A stretch of 36,640 nucleotides of DNA from a virus. Its lineage: Duplodnaviria > Caudoviricetes. Position numbers and translations under genes: made by a program. Within the stretch, counting starts at the first letter, position 1. Each line of letters begins with the position of its first letter. The notes under the pieces are model-generated. The model saw only the letters and a program-made list of their open reading frames with translations, did not search any database and was not told the origin of the DNA. The stretch is from positions 1 to 36,640 of IMG/VR virus record IMGVR_UViG_3300025015_000347; one strand, 5' to 3'. Below, one piece after another: positions 8,809 through 17,866 of this stretch.

Positions 8809-9912
8809 ATGGCTTTCTTCGGCGTGACTCTTGAAATCATCGACACGGTACGACACCACCCCAATGCCGACCGGCTTGATCTGGCTACAATGAAAAGAAT
8901 GACTTTCCAGTTCGTGGTCGGTCGGGATCAGTGGAAAGTGGGGGACTCGGTTCTTTACTTCCCCGTGGACTCCCTTCTGCCCGCAGGGATCGTTGAAAAG
9001 CTAGGACTGGTAGGTAGGTTGGCAGGTTCGGACAAGAACCGGATCAAGACCATCAAGCTCCGTGGGGAGGTGTCTCAGGGTTTGGTGGCGGATCCCAGTT
9101 CTCTCCTGGATGATGCCTGGATGATATGGGATTCAGATTCCTGTACACATCAGGTTAGGTCGCCGCACTTTGATGGTTTCAAGTCGCTCATGGACCACTT
9201 AGGGGTCACCAAGTACGAGCCCCCAATCAAGCTGACGGGAGTGGGAAACCTGCTCCTCATGCCGGACGGGGTCGGTGTGTACGACATCGAAGGTGCGGAC
9301 CGTTATCCCGGGGTCGTGGAACTCTTGATGGATCAACCCGTCTGCATCACGGAGAAGCTGGAAGGTACGAACCTTTGGGTTCGTAGACTTCCCGACGGCA
9401 CCATTCAGGTGGGACAACGGAACTATCTGATTGAGGAAGTACCCGCCGAGGGCAAAGCCAACATGTATTGGGAAACCGTGCGAACCGACGGGGTTCTTCC
9501 CATACTGGAGGAGGCGGCTGCCAAGTTCCCCGGACAAACCGTGGCGTTCCGGGGGGAGCTTCTGGGTCAATCTATCCAGGGTTACTACAAGGGCATGAAG
9601 CGGAACGTAATCCGCTTCTTCGATGTGCAGGTTGACGGACAGTACCTTTCGTTTGAGGCGTTTGTTGCTCTGATCCCACCAGAGCATCGCGTGCCCGTAT
9701 TGTTCGCAGGTTCCCTCCGCGAATGGCTCGGGAGTCGAACCATTCAGGAAACCTCAAATGGTCCCAGCGTGTTCAGTCCGGGGCAAAAGCGAGAGGGGAT
9801 CGTCATTCGCCCCTTGGTCGAACAACAGGTCATTGACGAGGTGCCCGGGTTCAGGGGCAGGCTCTTGATCAAAATGCGGAGCCCCGAATACCTGGCGGGG
9901 AGCGAGAACTAA
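8809..9912 (+). CDS. RNA ligase, DRB0094/Rnl5-like family
   Basis: N-terminal OB-like HPNADRLDLA. Nucleotidyltransferase motifs I TEKLEGTN, III FRGELLG, IIIa FFDV, IV REGIVIRP, V IKMRSPEYL. Start moved to ATG 8809 (SD AAAGGA). Confidence 0.92.
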   Translation: MAFFGVTLEIIDTVRHHPNADRLDLATMKRMTFQFVVGRDQWKVGDSVLYFPVDSLLPAGIVEKLGLVGRLAGSDKNRIKTIKLRGEVSQGLVADPSSLLDDAWMIWDSDSCTHQVRSPHFDGFKSLMDHLGVTKYEPPIKLTGVGNLLLMPDGVGVYDIEGADRYPGVVELLMDQPVCITEKLEGTNLWVRRLPDGTIQVGQRNYLIEEVPAEGKANMYWETVRTDGVLPILEEAAAKFPGQTVAFRGELLGQSIQGYYKGMKRNVIRFFDVQVDGQYLSFEAFVALIPPEHRVPVLFAGSLREWLGSRTIQETSNGPSVFSPGQKREGIVIRPLVEQQVIDEVPGFRGRLLIKMRSPEYLAGSEN

Positions 9913-10358
9913 TGAAACGCCTGACCATCCTACGCGGTCTTCCTGGTAGCGGGAAGAGCACCTATATCTCGAAGACCTTCCCTGGAGCCACTCCGTACCA
10001 CATGGCACCAGCCGAATGGTCCCCAGTTATCGTTTCAGCGGACCACTTCTTCACGAATTTCTCCACAGGGGAGTACAATTTCGACTCTGCCCGTATAGGA
10101 GAGGCTCACGCACAGGCTCAGATGAAACTGCTGCTTGCCTTGGAAGATGGCAGAGAACACATCATCGTGGACAACACCCATGTCCAGGCATGGGACTGGC
10201 AGGTGGCTGCAAAGTTAGCAAACCTCTTTGGCTACACCGTGGATGTCGTGGACCTGTTCGATGGGGGTCTTTCAAACGAAGCCTTGGCGGCTCGGAACAC
10301 TCACAGGGTTCCAGTCGAAATTATCGCGGGGATGCGATTGAGGTGGTGGACGGCTTAG
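9912..10358 (+). CDS. P-loop kinase (AAA_33 / N4BP2-like, probable polynucleotide kinase)
   Basis: Walker A RGLPGSGKST, VSADHFF, IIVDNT, LAARNTHRVP. TAATG overlap with the ligase. Confidence 0.85.
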   Translation: MKRLTILRGLPGSGKSTYISKTFPGATPYHMAPAEWSPVIVSADHFFTNFSTGEYNFDSARIGEAHAQAQMKLLLALEDGREHIIVDNTHVQAWDWQVAAKLANLFGYTVDVVDLFDGGLSNEALAARNTHRVPVEIIAGMRLRWWTA

Positions 10359-10421
10359 TTCAGGACAGACTCGCATAGTAGGGAAGCAAATGCCACTTAG
10401 TGTGGCCTAGAGGAACTCAAG

Positions 10422-10607
10422 ATGGATGCCACTCGCCGTGCCTTCGATGCCCATTACGGTCCCGGTGGCCATTCCTGCCCTTGCTGCGGTGGTGGCACCC
10501 GTGCTGGTCGTGGTGGCCGTCGTCGTGCCCGGGCACTCTCTATCCGTTACGCCCGTGCCGTCCGTCGTACCACTCGCCACACCCTTCGTACCGGGACTCT
10601 GGACTAA
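10422..10607 (+). CDS. Small Arg-rich protein with CPCC motif, 61 aa
   Basis: SD GAGGA; GPGGHSCPCCGG followed by an Arg-rich helix. Stop overlaps the stop of the convergent gene. Confidence 0.6.
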   Translation: MDATRRAFDAHYGPGGHSCPCCGGGTRAGRGGRRRARALSIRYARAVRRTTRHTLRTGTLD

Positions 10608-11263
10608 TTGTCGATTCTCAAGTAGGCGTAGGACCGAATGGCTTCCCCGTTCAGTTCCAAAGCGACTATAACTGATCCTGAGACAACACTATCTGGAAGG
10701 CCACCCCCTGCGGGAGCCTCCTCAGACAAACCTGACCCCGGTTTGGAGTTCATGGTCCAGTTGTAGAACATCGTGCCATAGTTCGGATAGGATGCCAGCT
10801 TCTTGTCCCACTTGAATGTCGCAGGGTCTGCGTTCGGGTAATGAGCCAAGACCGCCTTGATGATGGTCTTTGGTGTAAGGTGGGTCTCGAACATCCGCCC
10901 ATAGAGAGGAATCTTGGCGACGGCCGCTCGTTTGTGAAGTGAATGTCGAGCAGCAACCCGTTGAACTAAAGACATTGTGGCTTCCGACAAGGCACCCTCC
11001 TTCATCACGTACTTGAACTGGAGATCCGAATCCTCAATCCAAACCTGTCCACGAACCCCTTCGAATCTTACGAGATACCGAGACGGGGAATAAGCCCCCG
11101 GTCCCATCTGGTCAATGAGTTGAGCAGACGGTCGTGACTCATCCACCAAAGTAACGGTACCCGGTACCCCGACAGGAACCGAAACACCACCTCCGTGTCC
11201 GGACTCCGCCTTGAACGGTTTGAGAGTCCGGACACGGGAGCCTCGACTAAGAGCGTGGGGCAT
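10604..11263 (-). CDS. Hypothetical two-domain protein (SH3-like N-terminus; C-terminal domain similar to ORF 27955..28377)
   Basis: GSRVR...GTVTLVD...YLVRFEG...WIEDSDL (SH3/KOW-like), linker SLVQRVAARH..KRAA, then a domain alignable by eye with ORF 27955. Confidence 0.75.
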   Translation of the reverse strand: MPHALSRGSRVRTLKPFKAESGHGGGVSVPVGVPGTVTLVDESRPSAQLIDQMGPGAYSPSRYLVRFEGVRGQVWIEDSDLQFKYVMKEGALSEATMSLVQRVAARHSLHKRAAVAKIPLYGRMFETHLTPKTIIKAVLAHYPNADPATFKWDKKLASYPNYGTMFYNWTMNSKPGSGLSEEAPAGGGLPDSVVSGSVIVALELNGEAIRSYAYLRIDN

Positions 11264-11477
11264 GGATCACTCCTGAATGGCCTTTGCCATCTACTGTTTG
11301 GCACAGCATAGGCAAATCACCGACCCGAAGAACACCCAGTTCCACTAACCGTCCCCGCAAATAGGACACGTCCATGTAAGGCTCGTCCTCTGTGACCTCG
11401 AAATAGATCAGGTCGGGGGCTGCATTGATGAGTTCACGCTTGATGCGGTACTGTACCGTTACCAGCACAGTAGTCAA
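11247..11477 (-). CDS. Small hypothetical protein (start uncertain)
   Basis: Fills the gap downstream of the sheath on the same strand. The TTG start overlaps a promoter-like ATAATCCTTGA, so the true start may be further downstream. Confidence 0.4.
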   Translation of the reverse strand: MTTVLVTVQYRIKRELINAAPDLIYFEVTEDEPYMDVSYLRGRLVELGVLRVGDLPMLCQTVDGKGHSGVIHAPRS

Positions 11478-11494
11478 GGATTATTTTCCGGTAC

Positions 11495-14400
11495 TTATGA
11501 TGAGGACCGAAGGTGGAAAGTCAACACGATATAGAGCAACGGGAAGATCGGGGTGTAGTACGCCTCAACCTCGGCCCCAGTCGGATCATCAGCTGCCACG
11601 GTGGCCTTGATACCCTGGTAGGCTCCGACGATTTGGGCCTGTACCAGTGCCTTGAACATCATGGACAGACGACCCTCAATCTGTGAGAGCACGCCCGGCA
11701 GGAACTTGATACCAATGAAGTTCTCCAGAGTACCCCGTGCCTGCTGTTGCACCTCATCGGCAATCATGATCACCGTCGGGAGCTTGGTCAACACATTGGT
11801 CATGTCGGTTGTGAGTTCGTGGCGAACTCGTAAGAATGGAGGCCGGTCTTCCAAAACCGTAATGCCTGCCTGGGCCGTCTGATTCTGTTCAACCGCATCC
11901 ATTCCCCGACCCAACTGGGTGAAACCAACCAGCATTCGGCCGGTCCAAGGTGTTGCCACATCCACATTCGGACTGACCACAGAACCTACAAGAGCGGCGG
12001 CCAGGAACGGACCATCAATCAAGTATTCCTTGGTCACGTCCAGATAGTCGGTCAGACTGATAAGGGCCGTATCCGGATAAACCATCCGCATACGGGTGTC
12101 CTTGAGAGCCTTGGCCATCGTCTGAGCCTGAACCGGAGACATTCCACCCATGACACCGACGATACTGGTTCTCTCCGACCGATACCGGATGCTGGACATC
12201 TTGTTGTTCGACCGTTTCAGAACCTGATAGAGGTCGGTCGAATCACCCCGGAGCGGAGTGATGATGTCTGGCAGAGCCTGACCCGGAAGCACTCCTTCCA
12301 GTTCGTCAATGGCCGTCCGATAAGAAGCCAGAGAAGCCTGGCCAGAATCTGTCGCCTTCAGAACCTGTTTCAAACCCACAATGACTGCACCGTTCGTGAT
12401 GGCCATGTAGGCTGCCAGGGTCAACGGGTTCTCAGGGTCTACTGCTCCGTATGCCTTCTCGATGGACGACATCTTGGTGAAAAAGGCCGTTGTGAAATCT
12501 TCCTTCGTGTAAACATAGGTGACGTAGTAGAGATCCCCGATAGCCGGTTCTTCGCCACCACGTTCGTAGGTTTTCACAATGGCCGTGTCATTCACGGCCA
12601 GGTTCAGGGTGTTGTTCACCCGAAGTTCGACACCTGGAAGGGCATTGATCGGTGTGTTGGCATTGCAGGTGACGGTCTTGCTCACCTGGAACCGGAACGT
12701 CGCCGTTCCACCCGTCGGATAGGCCACCCACGGACCAGTCTGATCCGTGCTCCAACCCCGAGGCAGAATCGTGAAGGTCAGACCCGTGACCAGATCTCGA
12801 TAGGTCTGCCCCACGATTCCGTCCTGGCCCACACCATTGTTGAGAATGGAATCGTGGGCAGAACCAGATCCGTTGACCACGTTCGAGACTACGAAGAAGC
12901 CATCAATGGCGGCTTCTCCGGTATCCCCATCCATGTTCACAGCATTGAGACCCGTTCCGGGGAACAAGGCGTTCCGAACACTGTTCAGAGTATCCCGCAC
13001 CAGAACCGTACTGGCGGTTCCCAGATTTCCGGCAGCCGTTGGGGCGTCTTGGATGTAGAGATATGTTTCCCCAGACGCATCTGCCACCACTCCGGCCAAC
13101 CCCAGATTGGCAAAACGGCTGGCATCCGAAGTGGTCATGTTCTGAACCCAAGAAACAAAGGTGTCTGTCCTGTTGTTCATCAGAGCAGAAGCTACTACTT
13201 CGGCTTCAGGCAGGGTTCGCAAGGCAATCTGACCGGAAGAGAAACCAAGGGGCACATTTGCCGAGCCAGCCCCAATGGAAACCTGTGAGGCTTCCGTAAA
13301 GATGCGGCTCGTGATTCGCAACCCGGCTCCTTCGAGTCGGAGCATTCCGGTTGCCATGACGAGTGCAATGGTGTTCCCGAACGGAGTGCCGGGCACGATA
13401 GACAAGGCCCAGGCAATCTGAGTGATGACAGAAGCCCCGGCATCCACTCCGTTCCAGGCCGGATCCACTGGGCCAAGAGCGGCTACGGTGCCTCCTGCAC
13501 TTGCCTGGAAAGTCACACTGACCGGGGTACCGTCCACGTTGAATGAGAACACGTTGTTGGCAGCAGTGGCTCCGGTGCCATCAAAGAAGGTGGTGACCAC
13601 CATGGAAAGGGCATTCATACCCCCACCGAAACCGAATTGGGCCGCCAAAGAAGCTGCACCCACGACCGCAGGTCCGGTCAAGCCCATGGCCCCCGTGGCC
13701 AACCCGGCCATGTCGTTACCGGTCTTGACCCCCAACCGACACTGACTGGTGACCTCATGGTGTGATGCCAGGGTACCTGCCCCACCACCAGGCACGAGCC
13801 GGTTACGCAAGATCAGGCGATCATAGAGCTTGGCCGACCCGGCTGCCGGAACCTCGTAAGTGGTGGCCACTGGCCCTTGAAGAAGAATTGCCTGACCGTT
13901 TGCGGTTGCCGCTGCCGTGTCGAACCCTGCCAGGGTGGCAAAAGTCCGGGCCGCACCACCCAGCGCAGTCAAAAGCTGCAAGAAGCCCGAACCATCCAGA
14001 CCCGGAAGCTGAAGTCGGAATTCCAACTGATTCCCGGCATTAGCCGCGCACACGATGTCGAGTCCCTGATGGTTTGGCGATCCGCCCATCAAAGCCAGAA
14101 TGGCGGCTACGACTTTGCCGTTGATGTGGGTTGCCAAAGCTGCCGGAGTGGCATAGGTGCCCGGATCAATGAGGATGTCTACAGTGAGCGCCCCAGAAGC
14201 AGCCCCGTTGTAGTAGAAGCGGATCTGGTCATTGACCGTAGCCGTAATTGTGATTGGACCGTTGAAGTTCGTGGCCCCAGCCAGAGCCGACCGAGCCGCC
14301 GGGTTGAAAGTGTAGTAGGGGGTCGCAACCGTGGGGGCCAGACCCGGTCCCCAAGCAGCAACCGTGGCTACTCCAGTGGCTCCGTCGTAGTCCGTGATCG

Positions 14401-16807
14401 TGCGAACCGTGCCTGGGGTAGGTCCACCCACAACAACATGTTGGCCAATGACAATGGTCCAACCGTTGTAATGGTCGTTCACGTTGATGCGAAGGCCCGC
14501 ATTCAATGTGATAGTGGTCAGACCGCCTGCCGCTGGCATCCCCTGATGTCCCGAAGCCGCATCATTGATAGCCCGTGCAAAGAAACTGATGTCCTGAGCA
14601 GTATCTGTCCCGGTCTGAACGAACACCTCGGCGTTGTCAATGTAGAGACTGAACTCCTGTGAGGTGGTCACATCATAGTTCTGGCCCACGACCCCCACGG
14701 CTCCACCCGTGTAGGCAATCTCGTTACTCAGAAGATGGGCAAAGAATCCTCCAACATGGCCCGTGGCGGGAATGTTCAGATTGATGCCCGCTGAGGACGG
14801 CATTTCGGTGCCGTGAATGATAAGGCGCAGGAAGTCCGATGCACTTGGAACCAAGGTGTATGGCCCATAGCCAGGGAAGGCAAACCGAGCCGGGGTTGCC
14901 ACCCGAGAAGCGAACTGGGCGGTAACAATCTCCTCAACCGGACCGAGGAAATCCGTACCGGAAACGGATTCAAAATGAACGTCCGAGGAAAGCTCAGAAC
15001 CACTTGGGAACTCCAAGGTAATGCCCAGAAGCCCAGCCCCCTTAGACCCCTGCACGAAAGTGGGGTTGAGGACGTTGCTTCCAAGCACGTTCGTGATCTG
15101 ATACTGCCCAACCCCGGATTGTCCGATGATTGTGGCAATCAGAGTGTATTCCTCGTCCACCAACATGTTGTGGTAGAAACTTGCATACACAGTAGCCCCA
15201 ACCGGAACCGGCAAAGCCAGGGTGATGACCAAACCATTGACCTGAGTGACAGTCACTGGCCCCCGGAGTAGTGCATCCTGGGGGTCATAGCCCCAGTAGG
15301 CCCGAACCACATCCGGCCGATTAGCCGGAACATCGATCCGGCTGTTGGTGACACTCTGGAACAAAGACTGCCCGAGGGATGTGTCACGCCCATTGCCCAA
15401 GGTTGGATACATGGGCAACGTGAACTGTTGACGGGACGTGGTAGACACACCACCACTGGTCGTGACCACGCCCGTGCAGGCCGAGAGATACGTGCGGTTG
15501 TCAATCAGAGTTGGGATGACCTGAGTGTCATCAAAATAGTCCATGCCCGTTGTGTGAACACCTGAGGAAACCAGGGCTGCCGTTCCCCAAACGACCCGAT
15601 CACTCTGAAGCACAAAATCTGACCCCTGAATGAAGGTGTTGCCACTGGGCACTTCACCACAGGATGTGATCGATGTGACGTTCAGGTGAGCCAGGTAATC
15701 AAACGTGTCCTGCCATGTATTGGCATAGTAGGTCATAGTCACGACCGCCCCAGCCTTGGGAGCCTGGGTCAGCGTGACCGCTCGTGTAGAACCGTCCACG
15801 GTTTTCGGGATGACCTGAACCCCGTCTACCCGAACCGTGACCTTTGAGGTGTCAGTGGTAGTAACACCACCGCCAGTGCCGTCTACGATGGGACCATTGA
15901 ACACGTAGAATGTCGAAACTCGGTTGTCTGCCTGACCCGTTGTGAGTCCAAGGATGGCGTTTGCAGACGCCTCCTTGACCGACAAACTGTAGGTTGAGGT
16001 CAGAAGCAGCGTGGTTTCCCCATACGGATTCACATAGGTCGAAGCCGTCAGGGTTCCCCGAACTGCTGCCGTGATGGCCGCAGCCACCTGCCGCATGGTG
16101 TAAGCCGCGTTGGCCGGGATGGTGATCTGATATTCAGTTCCGTCCACCATGAGCAAAAGGACGTTGTTGGCCGGGATAGTAACCCCACCACCTGGACTCA
16201 GAATGTCCCCATGCAGGTCGAGAGTTGCCGTGCCGGGGGTCGGGGCATTGATGTCTACGATGCCCCTAGCAGCCCGAACGATGGCCGTTTCTGGGTCCAC
16301 CTGATCACTCACATTGTCCACGAACAGGGTATCGCCACGATGAAAATAGTAGGTGCAACGAACCACGTCATCGGGCTGTGGAGCCTGGGCAATCTTCACC
16401 AAGCCCGTAGCACCACTTACCGAAACCACAACCACGGGGCTGCCGTTGATTGTGACTGCCACATCCTGACGATTGTTGGACGTGGTACCCGTACCGTCCC
16501 CAGTGGTGATGGGAAGGTTACGGATCTTGAAACGATCCAGAATGCCATCCCAGTTACCAAGGGTCACGGCCCCGAGAGCCGAGATGGATGCCACGGCACG
16601 ACCCGTTTCATCCTCACTAACAACCCTCTGGTCCACGGTGGCTGAAGATCCACGGACGATCTCCAAATTGGTCTGAACCAGAGCCTCGTTGCCCTCCCCG
16701 ATGAAAACCGGGAGTTTCAGGGCATCGAGAGCCGCCGCGAGCGGGCTATCAAACAAAGTCTTGGTGTAGACGCCTGGGGGACTGTATGCTGATCCAGGAA
16801 AACTCAT
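11495..16807 (-). CDS. Tail sheath protein, very large (1770 aa) with inserted beta-rich domains
   Basis: Sheath-type N-terminus (YSPPGVYTKT...LPVFIGEG) and C-terminal core (NPLTLAAYMAITNGA; RSERTSIVG; RMVYPD; AGITVLED...RVRHELTT; NFIG; YYTPIFPLLYIVLTF). SD AAGGAGG. Confidence 0.92.
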   Translation of the reverse strand: MSFPGSAYSPPGVYTKTLFDSPLAAALDALKLPVFIGEGNEALVQTNLEIVRGSSATVDQRVVSEDETGRAVASISALGAVTLGNWDGILDRFKIRNLPITTGDGTGTTSNNRQDVAVTINGSPVVVVSVSGATGLVKIAQAPQPDDVVRCTYYFHRGDTLFVDNVSDQVDPETAIVRAARGIVDINAPTPGTATLDLHGDILSPGGGVTIPANNVLLLMVDGTEYQITIPANAAYTMRQVAAAITAAVRGTLTASTYVNPYGETTLLLTSTYSLSVKEASANAILGLTTGQADNRVSTFYVFNGPIVDGTGGGVTTTDTSKVTVRVDGVQVIPKTVDGSTRAVTLTQAPKAGAVVTMTYYANTWQDTFDYLAHLNVTSITSCGEVPSGNTFIQGSDFVLQSDRVVWGTAALVSSGVHTTGMDYFDDTQVIPTLIDNRTYLSACTGVVTTSGGVSTTSRQQFTLPMYPTLGNGRDTSLGQSLFQSVTNSRIDVPANRPDVVRAYWGYDPQDALLRGPVTVTQVNGLVITLALPVPVGATVYASFYHNMLVDEEYTLIATIIGQSGVGQYQITNVLGSNVLNPTFVQGSKGAGLLGITLEFPSGSELSSDVHFESVSGTDFLGPVEEIVTAQFASRVATPARFAFPGYGPYTLVPSASDFLRLIIHGTEMPSSAGINLNIPATGHVGGFFAHLLSNEIAYTGGAVGVVGQNYDVTTSQEFSLYIDNAEVFVQTGTDTAQDISFFARAINDAASGHQGMPAAGGLTTITLNAGLRINVNDHYNGWTIVIGQHVVVGGPTPGTVRTITDYDGATGVATVAAWGPGLAPTVATPYYTFNPAARSALAGATNFNGPITITATVNDQIRFYYNGAASGALTVDILIDPGTYATPAALATHINGKVVAAILALMGGSPNHQGLDIVCAANAGNQLEFRLQLPGLDGSGFLQLLTALGGAARTFATLAGFDTAAATANGQAILLQGPVATTYEVPAAGSAKLYDRLILRNRLVPGGGAGTLASHHEVTSQCRLGVKTGNDMAGLATGAMGLTGPAVVGAASLAAQFGFGGGMNALSMVVTTFFDGTGATAANNVFSFNVDGTPVSVTFQASAGGTVAALGPVDPAWNGVDAGASVITQIAWALSIVPGTPFGNTIALVMATGMLRLEGAGLRITSRIFTEASQVSIGAGSANVPLGFSSGQIALRTLPEAEVVASALMNNRTDTFVSWVQNMTTSDASRFANLGLAGVVADASGETYLYIQDAPTAAGNLGTASTVLVRDTLNSVRNALFPGTGLNAVNMDGDTGEAAIDGFFVVSNVVNGSGSAHDSILNNGVGQDGIVGQTYRDLVTGLTFTILPRGWSTDQTGPWVAYPTGGTATFRFQVSKTVTCNANTPINALPGVELRVNNTLNLAVNDTAIVKTYERGGEEPAIGDLYYVTYVYTKEDFTTAFFTKMSSIEKAYGAVDPENPLTLAAYMAITNGAVIVGLKQVLKATDSGQASLASYRTAIDELEGVLPGQALPDIITPLRGDSTDLYQVLKRSNNKMSSIRYRSERTSIVGVMGGMSPVQAQTMAKALKDTRMRMVYPDTALISLTDYLDVTKEYLIDGPFLAAALVGSVVSPNVDVATPWTGRMLVGFTQLGRGMDAVEQNQTAQAGITVLEDRPPFLRVRHELTTDMTNVLTKLPTVIMIADEVQQQARGTLENFIGIKFLPGVLSQIEGRLSMMFKALVQAQIVGAYQGIKATVAADDPTGAEVEAYYTPIFPLLYIVLTFHLRSSS

Positions 16808-17625
16808 AGCAGCACCTCCTTTACAAAAGTAAATCCTTTACGGGGTGTCCCTTTTCTAATAGCCTGATAGATGGAACCCTGGCTTAACCCCAGTGCTTTC
16901 CCGGCTTCAAAAAGCGACGGAAAAACTTGTCCGTCTGACCGCCGGATCGGTTTGCTAATGGCGATCAGCCTGTTCCGCCGATGGGTCTCAGAATGGGGTT
17001 GATCTCGATGTAACCGAGACAGTTTCCCCCTGGTTTCAGCAGTCAGGTGATATCCCTTTTGTCGTGTGGGGGTTGGTTCACTGTCCTGGTACGTCGGCAA
17101 GGTCAGGAATTTGGCATGGACCCGAAGATAGTCCTCCACGGAAATCCGCTGAAAGACAAAACCACAACATACACCTCCCCGTCGTATGGCTTTGGACACC
17201 GCATCCATATTGCCGGTAAAGCCCATGAAACGGGCGGCAGAGCGTGCAGAGATAAAAGGACGCCCGTCAGATCGTAGAAGGGGATGGGCATTCACCCACC
17301 GCAGAGCTTCCAGATGTGGACCAACCGGACACTGGCCCCCAGCATAACCGTTGTAACCAAATTCGGGATTGGTTGCTTGCAGGGATGCAATCCAGAAACG
17401 CTCCTGTTCACAAGCCTGCTCCGAAGACAACCCCTCTCCCAGAATTTCCCACACTAAGGCTTGTCCATACTTCCGCACGGCATGGCGAAAACGATTGGCC
17501 CGATGTGTCACCCACTTGGCGTTAGAGAGATGAGCACGTATCCGTTCTTTCAAGGACTTCGAGGTGAGTCCGATGTAGACCTTCCCGGATGGCGAAATAG
17601 CCTTGTAAACAAGATACGTGGACAC
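16804..17625 (-). CDS. Free-standing GIY-YIG homing endonuclease (Seg-like) with NUMOD3/NUMOD1-like DNA-binding repeats
   Basis: YLVYKAISPSGKVYIGLT..R; EQERFWI; GYN. Two RSDG..F.S...A repeats and KGYHLTAETRGKLS. GTG start with SD GAGGT. ATGA overlap with the sheath. Confidence 0.88.
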   Translation of the reverse strand: MSTYLVYKAISPSGKVYIGLTSKSLKERIRAHLSNAKWVTHRANRFRHAVRKYGQALVWEILGEGLSSEQACEQERFWIASLQATNPEFGYNGYAGGQCPVGPHLEALRWVNAHPLLRSDGRPFISARSAARFMGFTGNMDAVSKAIRRGGVCCGFVFQRISVEDYLRVHAKFLTLPTYQDSEPTPTRQKGYHLTAETRGKLSRLHRDQPHSETHRRNRLIAISKPIRRSDGQVFPSLFEAGKALGLSQGSIYQAIRKGTPRKGFTFVKEVLL

Positions 17626-17866
17626 TAAGACACCTCAAGCCCAAAAAACCAGCCAGCCCAGTCATCCGTGCATTTCCCCCGATAGGGGCCAACCTCCCGG
17701 TAGAGGCGTGGAATAGCTCGAAATTCTTACATTTTGTTTATCCCGAACGGTTACATCAAACCAACCTGGTAGACCCAGGCGTTTTGCGGCCACCATGGAT
17801 GGCCTTCGAGACAAGGGAGCAGTCCTCTCCCTCTCTTAGGTGTCTGGGATATTGACTAACTAGCGG
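17626..17866 (-). promoter_or_regulatory. Long structured 5' leader of the endonuclease-sheath unit, with a late-promoter-like CCGCT-N6-TCAAT at its 5' end
   Basis: About 230 nt with no convincing ORF. Several short hairpins (GGCCATCCATGGTGGCC, CCTGGGTCTACCAGG, CCCCTATCGGGGG). Confidence 0.45.

Noticed and set aside
11652-16676. Many short ORFs inside the sheath gene (likewise inside the VIT-vWA, neck and fibre genes)
   Set aside because: Fully nested in long, motif-supported CDSs; typical shadow ORFs of GC-rich sequence.
16804-17855. Group I intron housing the GIY-YIG endonuclease
   Set aside because: Flanking genes look complete (own stop; own SD and sheath-type N-terminus), and I could not identify group I core elements.
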